Below the pieces are notes generated by a model that saw only the letters and a list, made by a program, of their open reading frames with translations, was not told the origin of the DNA and searched no databases. From NCBI GenBank assembly GCA_015478725.1, contig JADMIG010000002.1, positions 57,254 through 121,253 of the forward strand: a DNA stretch of 64,000 bases. The letters are read 5' to 3'. Below are positions 38,422-47,521 of this stretch, in pieces; position 1 is the stretch's first letter; the number at the start of each line of letters is the position of its first letter. The DNA comes from Chloroflexota bacterium. Its GTDB lineage: Bacteria > Chloroflexota > Limnocylindria > Limnocylindrales > CSP1-4. A program made the translations under genes and the position numbers.

Positions 38422-38837
38422 GCGGACGGGTACAACCTCGCGAGGTGGTGGCCGCCGGAGCTGTCTCGCCCCGGATCGAATCCCGGGAGCCGGCAGCGGA
38501 GGGACCGCACGGGGGTCGCGTCCGACGATGACGTCGGCTGCGGCCGATCCGGGTCGCTCGTGGACCGGTGTTGCAATCGGCTGGCCACTCGGTAATATAC
38601 GGCATCGCTTCGGCGGCTACCTGCGCGCCGCCCGGCCTCGTCATCCGCGACGCTGTCGTAACGCACCACCGCCTCCCCCGATGAACGGCCGCGTCCCATC
38701 GCCGCCGGATCGTCGGGATACGAGGGCGAAGGGCGCCGTCAGCCCGCCGGATGACGATCCCGAGGTGCTGCGCGGGCTGTCGACCGGCGCGTCGACCGGC
38801 AGTCGCCGGTCGATGAGCGATCAGGAGGAGACAGTTC

Positions 38838-40160
38838 ATGAAAGTCACCAAGCTCGGCGCGCTCGCGTCCGGTGCGGTGCTCGTCCTTGGCGCGTGCAGC
38901 AGCGCGGCCACCCCGAGCCCGTCCACCAGCGGCGCCGCCTCGACAGCACCGTCCGCGGCCACATCGGCCGCCGCCAGCGGCGGCGCGACGAAGGGCACGA
39001 TCCACATCGCGATCAGCCTCCCGCTCCAGGGCAGCGAGCTCGCGGCATCCCAGCCGATCATCAACGGCGTCCTGCTCGCGGTGAAGCAGGCCGGCGGCAC
39101 GGCCGGCGGATACACCGTCGACGTCCCGCAGTCGGCGATCTACGACGACGCCCTCAACGGCGCGCACGATCCGCAGACCGGCGCGGCGAACATGACGAAG
39201 ATCGTCGCGGACGCGAGCACCGTGGCCGTGGTCGCGTCGCTCAACTCGAACGTCGCCCAGGCGGAGATCCCGATCTCCAACGCGGCCGGCCTGCTCCAGT
39301 GCTCACCGGCCAACACGAACCCGGGGCTCACACAGGGCGCCCCCGCGGCCCAGCTCCGGACCAAGCCGAACAACTACATCCGCGTCGTCACCACGGACAA
39401 CCTCCAGGGTCCGGCGGCCGCCCAGTACATCATCCAGACGCTCGGCAAGAAGTCCGTCTACATCATCGACGACACCGAGACCTACGGTAAGGGCATCGCC
39501 GACGCCTTCGAGGCCGAGTTCAAGAAGGAAGGCGGCACCGTCGTCAAGCACGACGCCGCTCCCAAGACGACGAACGACTACGTCTCGATCATGACCGCGG
39601 CAGCGGCCCTCAAGCCGGATTCCATCTACTTCGGCGGCGTCACCGCCACCGGCGGCGCACGGATCCTCCTCGCGGCCGCCCAGGCCGGCCTCGGGAATGT
39701 CCCGTTCGTCGGCGGCGATGGCATCAATGACGGCTCTGGCCAGACGAAGGACTCGTTCCTCAACCTGGCGGGTGCCGCTGCGGCGAACGCATTCAGCACG
39801 CTCGCCGGCATCGGCGACTTCCCGGGCAAGGTCCAGTTCAACACCGACTACAAGGCCGCCTACGGCCAGGACGCGACCGGCTATGCCGGGATGGGATACG
39901 CCTGCGGCCAGGTCATCCTCGACGCGATCAATCGCGCCGCGGCGACCAACCCCGCGGACATGGCCGGCCTCCGCGAGGCGGTCCGCGTCGCAGCCACGGA
40001 TACGTCGCATAGCTATACGACGATCCTCGGCCCGGTCACGTTCGACGCGAACGGCGACACGAGCCAGCACATCGTCTCGATCTACGCCGTCGATCCGACG
40101 GCAGCGGGCGGCAAGGGCGACTGGGTCTTCAAGATCCAGGTCAACTACGGCGCCAAGTAG
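38838..40160 (+). CDS. livK: Branched-chain amino acid ABC substrate-binding lipoprotein
   Basis: Lipobox VLGAC, PLQG, YDD, SPANTNP, DNLQG and YGKGIA. Confidence 0.9.
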   Translation: MKVTKLGALASGAVLVLGACSSAATPSPSTSGAASTAPSAATSAAASGGATKGTIHIAISLPLQGSELAASQPIINGVLLAVKQAGGTAGGYTVDVPQSAIYDDALNGAHDPQTGAANMTKIVADASTVAVVASLNSNVAQAEIPISNAAGLLQCSPANTNPGLTQGAPAAQLRTKPNNYIRVVTTDNLQGPAAAQYIIQTLGKKSVYIIDDTETYGKGIADAFEAEFKKEGGTVVKHDAAPKTTNDYVSIMTAAAALKPDSIYFGGVTATGGARILLAAAQAGLGNVPFVGGDGINDGSGQTKDSFLNLAGAAAANAFSTLAGIGDFPGKVQFNTDYKAAYGQDATGYAGMGYACGQVILDAINRAAATNPADMAGLREAVRVAATDTSHSYTTILGPVTFDANGDTSQHIVSIYAVDPTAAGGKGDWVFKIQVNYGAK

Positions 40161-40176
40161 CACCAGCCACTGACCG

Positions 40177-40209
40177 GCGAGGCCGGGGCTCTTCGAGCCC
40201 CGGCCTCGC
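40177..40209 (+). terminator. Strong intergenic hairpin after livK (stabiliser or partial terminator)
   Basis: GCGAGGCCGGGGCTC-TTC-GAGCCCCGGCCTCGC with no U-tract. Confidence 0.65.
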
Positions 40210-40245
40210 ACTATCCGCCCGCTCACCTGATCGGAGGTCGAGGAC

Positions 40246-41322
40246 GTGACCGCGGTCGCAGCGAGCCCCGCCAGGCTGGTGGATCCGCGCCGGCGGAACG
40301 CCAGGTTCATCGTCGCCGCGATCGCCCTCGTCGCCTGCTATTCCCTGTTCCTCTGGGGAGCCCTCGTCCTCACCCAGGGCCTGCCCGTCGACGCATCGTT
40401 CCGGCTCGCCCTCCAGCAGACGGCCAACGCGCTGTCCATCGGGTCGATCTACGCGCTCATCGCCCTCGGCTACACGATGGTGTACGGCATCATCGAGCTC
40501 ATCAACTTCGCCCACGGCGACATCTTCATGATCGGCTCCTTCCTCGCCGTCATCGTCACCGGCTACATCGGTGGTCAGAGCGGCCCGATCACGAACAACC
40601 TGCCGCTCCTCGTCATCCTCATCGTCGGCGCGCTGCTCTTCACGATGCCGATCGTCGGCGTCCTCAACATGCTCATCGAGCGCGCCGTCTACCGGCCCCT
40701 GCGGAACGCGCCGCGCCTCACCCCGCTCATCACCGCGATCGGCATGTCGTTCATCCTCCAGAACGTCGCCCTCGTCATCGCCGGCAGCGGGGACCGCTCC
40801 GCGCCGCAGATCTTCCCGCTCACCTGGCAGGTCGACCTCGGTGGCGCGAACATCCCGCTCCTCTCGATCTTCGTGTTCGTCCTCGCGATCGTCCTCATGG
40901 TCGCCCTCCAGACGTTCGTCTCCCGGACCCGACTCGGGCGGGCGATGCGCGCGACGGCCCAGGACCGCGAGGCATCGGCGCTCATGGGTGTGGACCTCAA
41001 CCAGACGATCGCCCTGACGTTCCTCCTCGGCGGCATGCTCGCCGGCGCGGCCGGCGTGGTGTGGGGCCTCACCCACGGCTACGTCCGGCAGGACCTCGGC
41101 TTCAACGCCGGGCTCAAAGCCTTCACCTCCGCGGTCCTCGGCGGGATCGGCAACATCGCGGGGGCGGTGCTCGGCGGCTTCGTCATCGGCTTCATCGAGA
41201 ACTTCGCGAGCTCGATCGGCTTCTCCCGCTGGTCCGAGTTCCTCACCTTCATGGTCCTCACGTTCGTCCTCATCTTCCGGCCGTCCGGCATCCTCGGCCA
41301 GCAGCTCGGTGACCGGGCATGA
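40246..41322 (+). CDS. livH: Branched-chain amino acid ABC permease
   Basis: GSIYALIALGYTMVYG, INFAHG and KAFTSAVLGGIG. Confidence 0.92.
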   Translation: MTAVAASPARLVDPRRRNARFIVAAIALVACYSLFLWGALVLTQGLPVDASFRLALQQTANALSIGSIYALIALGYTMVYGIIELINFAHGDIFMIGSFLAVIVTGYIGGQSGPITNNLPLLVILIVGALLFTMPIVGVLNMLIERAVYRPLRNAPRLTPLITAIGMSFILQNVALVIAGSGDRSAPQIFPLTWQVDLGGANIPLLSIFVFVLAIVLMVALQTFVSRTRLGRAMRATAQDREASALMGVDLNQTIALTFLLGGMLAGAAGVVWGLTHGYVRQDLGFNAGLKAFTSAVLGGIGNIAGAVLGGFVIGFIENFASSIGFSRWSEFLTFMVLTFVLIFRPSGILGQQLGDRA

Positions 41323-42581
41323 GCACGGCGGTGGCGAAGCGGAGAGGGCCGACCTGGCGTGAGGCACTCGCCACCCACGCCGAGCAGCACCGATCGACGA
41401 CGGTGATCGTGAGCATGCTCATCGCGGGCGTCCTCATGATCTTCCTGCCCAAGGTCCCTCCGCTCACGTTCCTCCAGCCGGCGCAGCCGTGGTACGACTC
41501 GTTCGCGAACGCCGGGGTCTTCGTCCTCCTCGCCCTCGGCCTCAACGTCGTCGTCGGGATGGCGGGGCTCCTCGATCTCGGGTACGCGGCGTTCTTCGCG
41601 ATCGGCGCCTACACGTACGCCTTCGCGGACTCGCCATTCAGCCATAACCACTATCCGTTCCTGCCGATGCTCCTCATCGGGGCCGGGGTCGCGGCGATGT
41701 TCGGCATCGCCCTCGGCGCGCCGACACTGCGGCTCCGCGGCGACTATCTCGCGATCATGACCCTCGGCTTCGGTGAGATCGTGCCGATCGTCTTCCTCAA
41801 CGCGGACCCGTACACCCAGGGCACGAATGGGATCGGCGGCATCTACCGCCCCGAACCGCTGCCGCTCGTCGGCGAGTTCGGGGCGCTCACGCCCTTCGCC
41901 TACTTCATCGTCATGCTCGTCATCATCACGATCGTCATGATCCTCATGTATCGGCTCCAGGATTCCCGGATCGGGCGATCGTGGATGGCGATCCGGGAGG
42001 ACGAGCTCGCCGCCGCCGCGAACGGGATCAACACGGTCACGACGAAGCTCCTCGCCTTCGCCCTCGGAGCGACGACGTCCGGGCTGGCCGGCGTCTTCAA
42101 CGCGTCCAAGCTGACGATCGTGTCGCCGGACCAGTTCGCCTTCACCGTCTCATTCACGGTCCTCGCGATGGTCATCATCGGCGGGATGGGCAACATCTGG
42201 GGCGTCGCGGTCGGAGCGTTCGTCGTCTTCAACATCCAGTCGGTCGTCCTCAAGCAGCTCAACACTGTCTTCGGGGCCCTCGCCACGGCCACCGCGTCCA
42301 TCCCGGGCCTCCACGACGTGACGAACTTCGTCGCGCACATCAACTTCCTCAACTACCAGTTCCTCCTCTACGGCCTCGCCCTCGTCCTCATGATGCTGTT
42401 CAGGCCCGAGGGTCTCTTCCCGAGCCAGCGGCGGCGGCGCGAGCTCCACGTCGCGGACGAGCTCGGCGGGCCGGATGAGGCCGTCGCTCCCGCCGTCCTC
42501 GGCTCGCTCGGCGAGACGTCGGGCGCGGAGGAGGAGTTCGGGGAAGAGGCGGGCGAGGGCGCGCGAGGAGACCGATCGTGA
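41319..42581 (+). CDS. livM: Branched-chain amino acid ABC permease
   Basis: GLNVVVGMAGLLDLGY, LRGDYLAIMTLGFGE and AIREDE. Confidence 0.92.
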   Translation: MSTAVAKRRGPTWREALATHAEQHRSTTVIVSMLIAGVLMIFLPKVPPLTFLQPAQPWYDSFANAGVFVLLALGLNVVVGMAGLLDLGYAAFFAIGAYTYAFADSPFSHNHYPFLPMLLIGAGVAAMFGIALGAPTLRLRGDYLAIMTLGFGEIVPIVFLNADPYTQGTNGIGGIYRPEPLPLVGEFGALTPFAYFIVMLVIITIVMILMYRLQDSRIGRSWMAIREDELAAAANGINTVTTKLLAFALGATTSGLAGVFNASKLTIVSPDQFAFTVSFTVLAMVIIGGMGNIWGVAVGAFVVFNIQSVVLKQLNTVFGALATATASIPGLHDVTNFVAHINFLNYQFLLYGLALVLMMLFRPEGLFPSQRRRRELHVADELGGPDEAVAPAVLGSLGETSGAEEEFGEEAGEGARGDRS

Positions 42582-43570
42582 CCGACCTCCTGCTCGACGC
42601 GCGCGGCGTGACCAAGCGCTTCGGCGGCCTCGTAGCCGTCAACAACATCGACTTCACGATCCCGGCGCGGTCGATCGTCAGCCTCATCGGCCCGAACGGC
42701 GCGGGCAAGACGACGTTCTTCAACATCATCGCCGGGATCTACGATCCCACCTCCGGCCGGATCGACTTCCGGGGGCGGACGATGATCGCCCACCCGCGGC
42801 GAGCGTGGCTCGAGCCGCTCCTCTGGCTCGTGCCGCCGGGGATCGTCTTCGCCCTCACGTGGCTCCTCAGCACCAGCGGCCTCAGCGGTCCGATCGTCGT
42901 CCTCGGCGCCGTGATCGGGCTCGTCGTGCTCCTCGGGACGCTCGTCACCGGCGTCGCCAGACCGCCGTATTACCAGCGGAACCTCGTCCGCTTCGGGATC
43001 TTCCGCAGCGCGCGCCCGAACGACATGGTGGTCGTGGGCCTCGGTCGGACGTTCCAGAACATCCGGCTCTTCCAGAATATGACGGCCCTCGAGAATGTCC
43101 TCGTCGGGATGCATACGAAGCTCAAGGCGACCTGGCTGGACGCGATGCTCTCGACGCCGCTCGACCGGCGCGAAGAGGCGGAGGCCCGCGTCCGGGCGGC
43201 CGGATTCCTCGCCCTCGTCGGGCTGGCGGACCGTGGTCCAGAGCTCGCGAAGAACCTGCCCTACGGCGACCAGCGGCGCCTCGAGGTGGCCCGCGCACTG
43301 GCCTCCGAACCTGCCCTTCTCCTCCTCGACGAACCGACGGCCGGCATGAATCCGCGCGAGACGGCGGACATGACGGCGCTCATCGGCAAGCTGCGCAACG
43401 AACTCGGCCTGACCATCCTCCTCATCGAGCACGACATGCGGGTCGTGATGGGCATCAGCGACCGCGTCACCGTCCTCGACCACGGCGAGAAGATCGCGGA
43501 GGGGACACCGGAAGAGGTGCGACGGGATCCCAAGGTCATCGAGGCGTATCTCGGGACGCCAGCCGCATGA
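42578..43570 (+). CDS. livG: Branched-chain amino acid ABC ATP-binding protein with hydrophobic insertion
   Basis: GPNGAGKT, RTFQNIRLF, LPYGDQRRLE, LLLDEP and IEHDM. Confidence 0.92.
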   Translation: MTDLLLDARGVTKRFGGLVAVNNIDFTIPARSIVSLIGPNGAGKTTFFNIIAGIYDPTSGRIDFRGRTMIAHPRRAWLEPLLWLVPPGIVFALTWLLSTSGLSGPIVVLGAVIGLVVLLGTLVTGVARPPYYQRNLVRFGIFRSARPNDMVVVGLGRTFQNIRLFQNMTALENVLVGMHTKLKATWLDAMLSTPLDRREEAEARVRAAGFLALVGLADRGPELAKNLPYGDQRRLEVARALASEPALLLLDEPTAGMNPRETADMTALIGKLRNELGLTILLIEHDMRVVMGISDRVTVLDHGEKIAEGTPEEVRRDPKVIEAYLGTPAA

Positions 43571-44334
43571 CGGCCGTGAACGCAGCCTCGACATCGCGCT
43601 CGGCACCGGCCGACGGCTCGGCCGAGCCGATGCTCGTCCTCGATCGTGTCCACACCTACTACGGCCACATCCACGCCCTGCAGGGTGTCTCGATCACGAT
43701 CGGGCGAGGCGAGATCGTCACCCTCATCGGCGCGAACGGCGCCGGCAAGACGACGACGCTCAAGACGATCAGCGGGCTGCTCCATCCGCGTGCCGGATCG
43801 GTCACGTTCGAGGGGCGGGACATCAGTCGGACCGCGGCCCATCACCTCGTCCGGGACGGAATCGGCCACGCCCCGGAGGGCCGCCGGATCTTTCCGCGCC
43901 TCAGTGTCCTCGAGAACCTGCAGATGGGCGCGTTCACCCGCGACCAGAAGACGATCGGACCGGACATCGAACGCGTCTTCACCCTGTTCCCGCGACTCCG
44001 CGAGCGGACGCATCAGCTCGGCGGGACCCTGTCGGGCGGAGAGCAGCAGATGCTCGCCATCGGCCGGGCATTGATGAGCCAGCCGCGGGTGCTCCTCCTC
44101 GACGAGCCGTCGCTCGGGCTTTCACCGATCCTCGTCCAGCAGGTGTTCGACACGATCCGCGAGATCAACGCGCTCGGCACGACGGTCCTCCTCGTCGAGC
44201 AGAACGCGCTCCAGGCACTGAACATCGCCCATCGCGGCTACGTCCTCCAGACCGGGACGATCGCACTCGAGGGTCCGGCGCGCTCGCTCATCGCCGACCC
44301 GATGGTCCGGAAGCTCTACCTCGGCGAGGACTGA
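43567..44334 (+). CDS. livF: Branched-chain amino acid ABC ATP-binding protein
   Basis: GANGAGKT, PEGRRIF, LSGGEQQMLA, DEPSLGL and VEQN. Confidence 0.93.
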   Translation: MTAVNAASTSRSAPADGSAEPMLVLDRVHTYYGHIHALQGVSITIGRGEIVTLIGANGAGKTTTLKTISGLLHPRAGSVTFEGRDISRTAAHHLVRDGIGHAPEGRRIFPRLSVLENLQMGAFTRDQKTIGPDIERVFTLFPRLRERTHQLGGTLSGGEQQMLAIGRALMSQPRVLLLDEPSLGLSPILVQQVFDTIREINALGTTVLLVEQNALQALNIAHRGYVLQTGTIALEGPARSLIADPMVRKLYLGED

Positions 44335-44354
44335 GGACCGAGGACCGTCTCGCT

Positions 44355-44783
44355 TCAGCGCGGTTCCGGCTCGTGGTGGATCTCGAGGACCGCGCGACCG
44401 AGCCCGACGATCCCGATCGCCACGATGACCAGCCCCGGGGCGTGGTCAGGTCGGAGTGCGTCGAGCGGGCCCTCCGCGATGAGGGCGGCCAGCCGGACGA
44501 TGAAGCCGACGAAGGCGACCACGACGACGATGAGGTAGGCCGGCCATCGGTCGAGGCCGATCGGTCGCTCGCTCGTGAACGGCAGGCTCACGAGGGCCAG
44601 CATCGCGAGCGCCGCGAGGAACACGAGGAGGCCCGTTCCCACGAAGGCGTTGTCGCTGTATGGCGGAAGGCCATCCGCGCCGCCGACGGTCGACCAGGGG
44701 ACGAGGCAGCCGACGAGCGTGACGATGGCGAATGCCGCGGCGATGCGACGCCCACGCCCGAGCGGACGACGGTGCATCGTCAC
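44355..44783 (-). CDS. Hypothetical membrane protein (about 4 TM segments)
   Basis: Hydrophobic segments; GTGA overlap with the hpt stop. Confidence 0.7.
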   Translation of the reverse strand: MTMHRRPLGRGRRIAAAFAIVTLVGCLVPWSTVGGADGLPPYSDNAFVGTGLLVFLAALAMLALVSLPFTSERPIGLDRWPAYLIVVVVAFVGFIVRLAALIAEGPLDALRPDHAPGLVIVAIGIVGLGRAVLEIHHEPEPR

Positions 44784-45346
44784 TCGGCCGCTCCGTACAC
44801 CTCGGGACGAAGGACGCCCACGAAGCGGAGGTTCCGATAGATCTCGCCGTAGTCCAGCCCGTAGCCAACGACGAACTGATCCGGGATGGTGAAACCGGTG
44901 TAGTCCACGGGGATCTCGACAAGCCGGCGCGCCGGCTTGTCGAGGAGCGTGCAGATCCGGAGCGACTGTGGACCCTTGCCGCGGAGGTAGCGGAGGAGAT
45001 AGTTGAGGGTGAGGCCGGTGTCGATGATGTCCTCCACGAGGAGCACGTGCTCGTCGGCGATGGTCGCCGAGAGGTCCTTGAGGATGCGCACGAGGCCGGT
45101 CGACTCGGTCGTGCTTCCGCCGTAGGAGCTCACCTCCATGAGATCGATCCGGAGCGGGATGTCGATCTCGCGCATGAGGTCGGCCATGAACGGGAGCGAT
45201 CCCTTGAGCACGCTGACGAGGGTGAGACGGCGACCGGCATAGTCCGCGCTGATCTGGCGGCCGAGCTCGGCGACCCGCGCCCGGATCCGGTCCTCGGAGA
45301 CGAGGACCTCGGCCACGTCGGCCCGCAGGTCGGTGGTCTCGCGCAT
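44780..45346 (-). CDS. hpt: Hypoxanthine phosphoribosyltransferase
   Basis: VLKGS, VSSYG, VEDIIDTGLT, LLDKP and FVVGYGLDY. Confidence 0.95.
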   Translation of the reverse strand: MRETTDLRADVAEVLVSEDRIRARVAELGRQISADYAGRRLTLVSVLKGSLPFMADLMREIDIPLRIDLMEVSSYGGSTTESTGLVRILKDLSATIADEHVLLVEDIIDTGLTLNYLLRYLRGKGPQSLRICTLLDKPARRLVEIPVDYTGFTIPDQFVVGYGLDYGEIYRNLRFVGVLRPEVYGAAE

Positions 45347-45353
45347 CCCCTGG

Positions 45354-45917
45354 TCAGCGCTCCGTCGCAGCCGCGACGGCGTCCGCGGCAGGGCTCGCAT
45401 CCGGACCCACGCGGACGGTCCGGCGGCGGGTGCGGTGGACGCGCGCAGGCGCATCCACGGTGGCCGCCTCGGCCGCAGGCGCAATGGCCGCGCTCGTTGC
45501 CCCCCGACGGTGGGCCGGCGTCGCCTGACCGAGCGTGCCGGTCATCTCGTCAATCAGGGCGACCTTGCCATATTTCAGCATGAGCGCCCGGAAGTCACGG
45601 CCGTAGAACAGCTTGATCCTGATGTCCGGGTAGAGCTCGCGAAGACGGCGGAGCTTCCGGTTCTTCTTTCGGACGAGGCTCTGCCTGAGGGTCGTCATCT
45701 CGACGTACAGCTCGAGATCGGGCAGCCAGAAGTCGGGCGAGAAGCTCTCGACGACAGCCCCCTGAAGGTCCCACAGGATCGGAAACGTCCGCGGCTCGTA
45801 TTCCCAGCGGACGCCGTAGAAGTCGAGGATCCGGGCGAACTCCGCCTCGCTCGCGTGGGCGAAGCCCGGGAGGTCCTGGCTCGAGGCGGGCCCCGCACCG
45901 AGTGCGAGTCGACTCAC
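45354..45917 (-). CDS. Conserved hypothetical protein with a PD-(D/E)xK-like motif, upstream of hpt
   Basis: FAHASEAEFARILDFY, WEYEP and FSPDFWLP...YVEMTT...KKNRK; start uncertain. Confidence 0.75.
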   Translation of the reverse strand: MSRLALGAGPASSQDLPGFAHASEAEFARILDFYGVRWEYEPRTFPILWDLQGAVVESFSPDFWLPDLELYVEMTTLRQSLVRKKNRKLRRLRELYPDIRIKLFYGRDFRALMLKYGKVALIDEMTGTLGQATPAHRRGATSAAIAPAAEAATVDAPARVHRTRRRTVRVGPDASPAADAVAAATER

Positions 45918-46010
45918 GGGCGGCCGCGACGGGGACGGGACGGACGGCACCGATGCTCCATCGGCGGTGAGTGTACCGCGCGGCGGGCTGCCGCGGCGGG
46001 CTTGTTCGGA

Positions 46011-46029
46011 CATACCCCCTGGGGGTATG
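46011..46029. promoter_or_regulatory. CsoR-type operator
   Basis: CATACCCCC-T-GGGGGTATG perfect inverted repeat overlapping the TATGAT -10 of csoR. Confidence 0.85.
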
Positions 46030-46037
46030 ATCGGGTC

Positions 46038-46391
46038 ATGACCGGAACCGAACGACGCAGCAGGCCCACCCCGCCACCCGCCGCGGATTTCCGCCACTCC
46101 TACTCGAAGGACAAGTCGCTGCTCGCGCGGCGACTGTCGCGGATGGAAGGACAGGTCCGTGGGATCGCCCGGATGATCGAGCGGGAGGAGTACTGCGTGG
46201 ACATCCTCCAACAGACCGCTGCGCTTCGGGCAGCGGTCGACGCCCTGTCGATCCTCGTCCTCGAGGATCACGTCCAGGGGTGTGTCCGCACCGCCGCGGA
46301 GCGCGGGGAGGCGGATGCGTACGTGGACGAGGTCATGGACGTCGTTCGACGGACCCTCGGGCGGCCGGTCCGGGCGGGCCGACCGGCCTGA
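46038..46391 (+). CDS. csoR: CsoR-family metal-sensing repressor
   Basis: RLSRMEGQVRGI, YCVDILQQ and HVQGC (Cys-His-Cys ligands). Confidence 0.92.
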   Translation: MTGTERRSRPTPPPAADFRHSYSKDKSLLARRLSRMEGQVRGIARMIEREEYCVDILQQTAALRAAVDALSILVLEDHVQGCVRTAAERGEADAYVDEVMDVVRRTLGRPVRAGRPA

Positions 46392-46412
46392 CGACGCGCC
46401 GCAACGGGTTGG

Positions 46413-46453
46413 TTATCCACGAACATGTGGACAGCCTGGGGATTGGTGGATAA
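46413..46453. promoter_or_regulatory. Cluster of DnaA-box-like sites
   Basis: TTATCCACG (+), TGTGGACAG (= CTGTCCACA, -) and GGTGGATAA (= TTATCCACC, -) versus consensus TTATCCACA. Confidence 0.65.
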
Positions 46454-46458
46454 GCCCG

Positions 46459-46487
46459 TTGACACCCCGTTGACGCACCCGTAACGT
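46459..46487 (+). promoter_or_regulatory. sigma70 promoter upstream of the rsmG leader
   Basis: TTGACA-N17-TAACGT. Confidence 0.7.
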
Positions 46488-46666
46488 CCGGCTTCCGCAC
46501 GCGGGTCGAGGCCGTCGGGCACCGTCGCTCGCGAGGGGTCCGGGGAAACCCGGACCGTGACCGGACGGGCCGCGGAAGACCGACGCTGACCCACCGCGCG
46601 TGCGCCGTACGACGACGCCGGGAACGGAGCGCAGGCGGACCTCGCGCACGGCCCACAGGGAGGTGC

Positions 46667-47503
46667 GTGACCCACCGCCGCGACCCGCTCCCGACGGACG
46701 TCGAAGCATCGCCGGCCCTGCCGGAGCGCTTCCACGAGACCATCGCCGAGGGCCTCCTGTCGATGGGCCTGACGCTCGACCCGGCGGTTCTCCAGGCGAT
46801 CTCCGACCACGTGCGGCTCCTCCTCGCGTGGACGGAGGCGATCAACCTCACCGCGATCCGCGACCCCGTCGCGGTGGCCAGGGACCACGTCCTCGACAGC
46901 CTCACCGCGATCCCGCTCCTGCGGCGGCACGGCGCGGCGCCGATCCTCGACCTCGGGTCCGGCGGCGGATTCCCGGGCCTGCCGCTCGCACTGGCCCTCG
47001 GCTCGGAGCGAGCCCTGCTCGTGGAGTCCGTCGGCAAGAAGGCACGCTTCCTCGCGACCGTGATCGACGCACTCGGCCTGCGCCCACGGGTCGCCGTCGC
47101 CGCGACGCGCATCGAGACCCTCGCGGCGGATCGCCATCATCGAGCCCACTGGCCGATCCTCACCGCCCGCGCGGTCGGGCCGCTCGCCGAGCTCATCGAG
47201 CTCGCCGCGCCGCTCGCCACCACCGGTGGCGTGCTCGTCGCCTGGAAGCGGCGGCGAGATCCGACCGGGTTCGCGGAGCCTACCGGGCGAGGCGGCAGGA
47301 TCGACGGATCGCTCGTCGGAACGGCGGGTGAGTTCGATGCCGCGCGACGGAGCGCGGACCTGCTCGGCTTCGCCGAGCCGGTCGTTCACCCTGTCCACCT
47401 CGCGGGCCTCGGCGACCACGTCCTCGTGGTCGTCGACAAGATCGCTGCGACGCCGCCCGGTTACCCGCGCGACCCCGCGCTGCGCAAGCGACGCCCGTGG
47501 TGA
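46667..47503 (+). CDS. rsmG: 16S rRNA m7G527 methyltransferase
   Basis: INLTAIRD, HVLDSL, LDLGSGGGFPGLPL, ESVGKKARFL and TARAV. Confidence 0.93.
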   Translation: MTHRRDPLPTDVEASPALPERFHETIAEGLLSMGLTLDPAVLQAISDHVRLLLAWTEAINLTAIRDPVAVARDHVLDSLTAIPLLRRHGAAPILDLGSGGGFPGLPLALALGSERALLVESVGKKARFLATVIDALGLRPRVAVAATRIETLAADRHHRAHWPILTARAVGPLAELIELAAPLATTGGVLVAWKRRRDPTGFAEPTGRGGRIDGSLVGTAGEFDAARRSADLLGFAEPVVHPVHLAGLGDHVLVVVDKIAATPPGYPRDPALRKRRPW

Positions 47504-47521
47504 CGGCGCTACCCTGACGCG

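Noticed and set aside
46530..46580. Cobalamin riboswitch similarity (GGGAA..CCGG)
   Set aside because: No B12-box or conserved GCCCC/ACTG elements, and the downstream gene is unrelated
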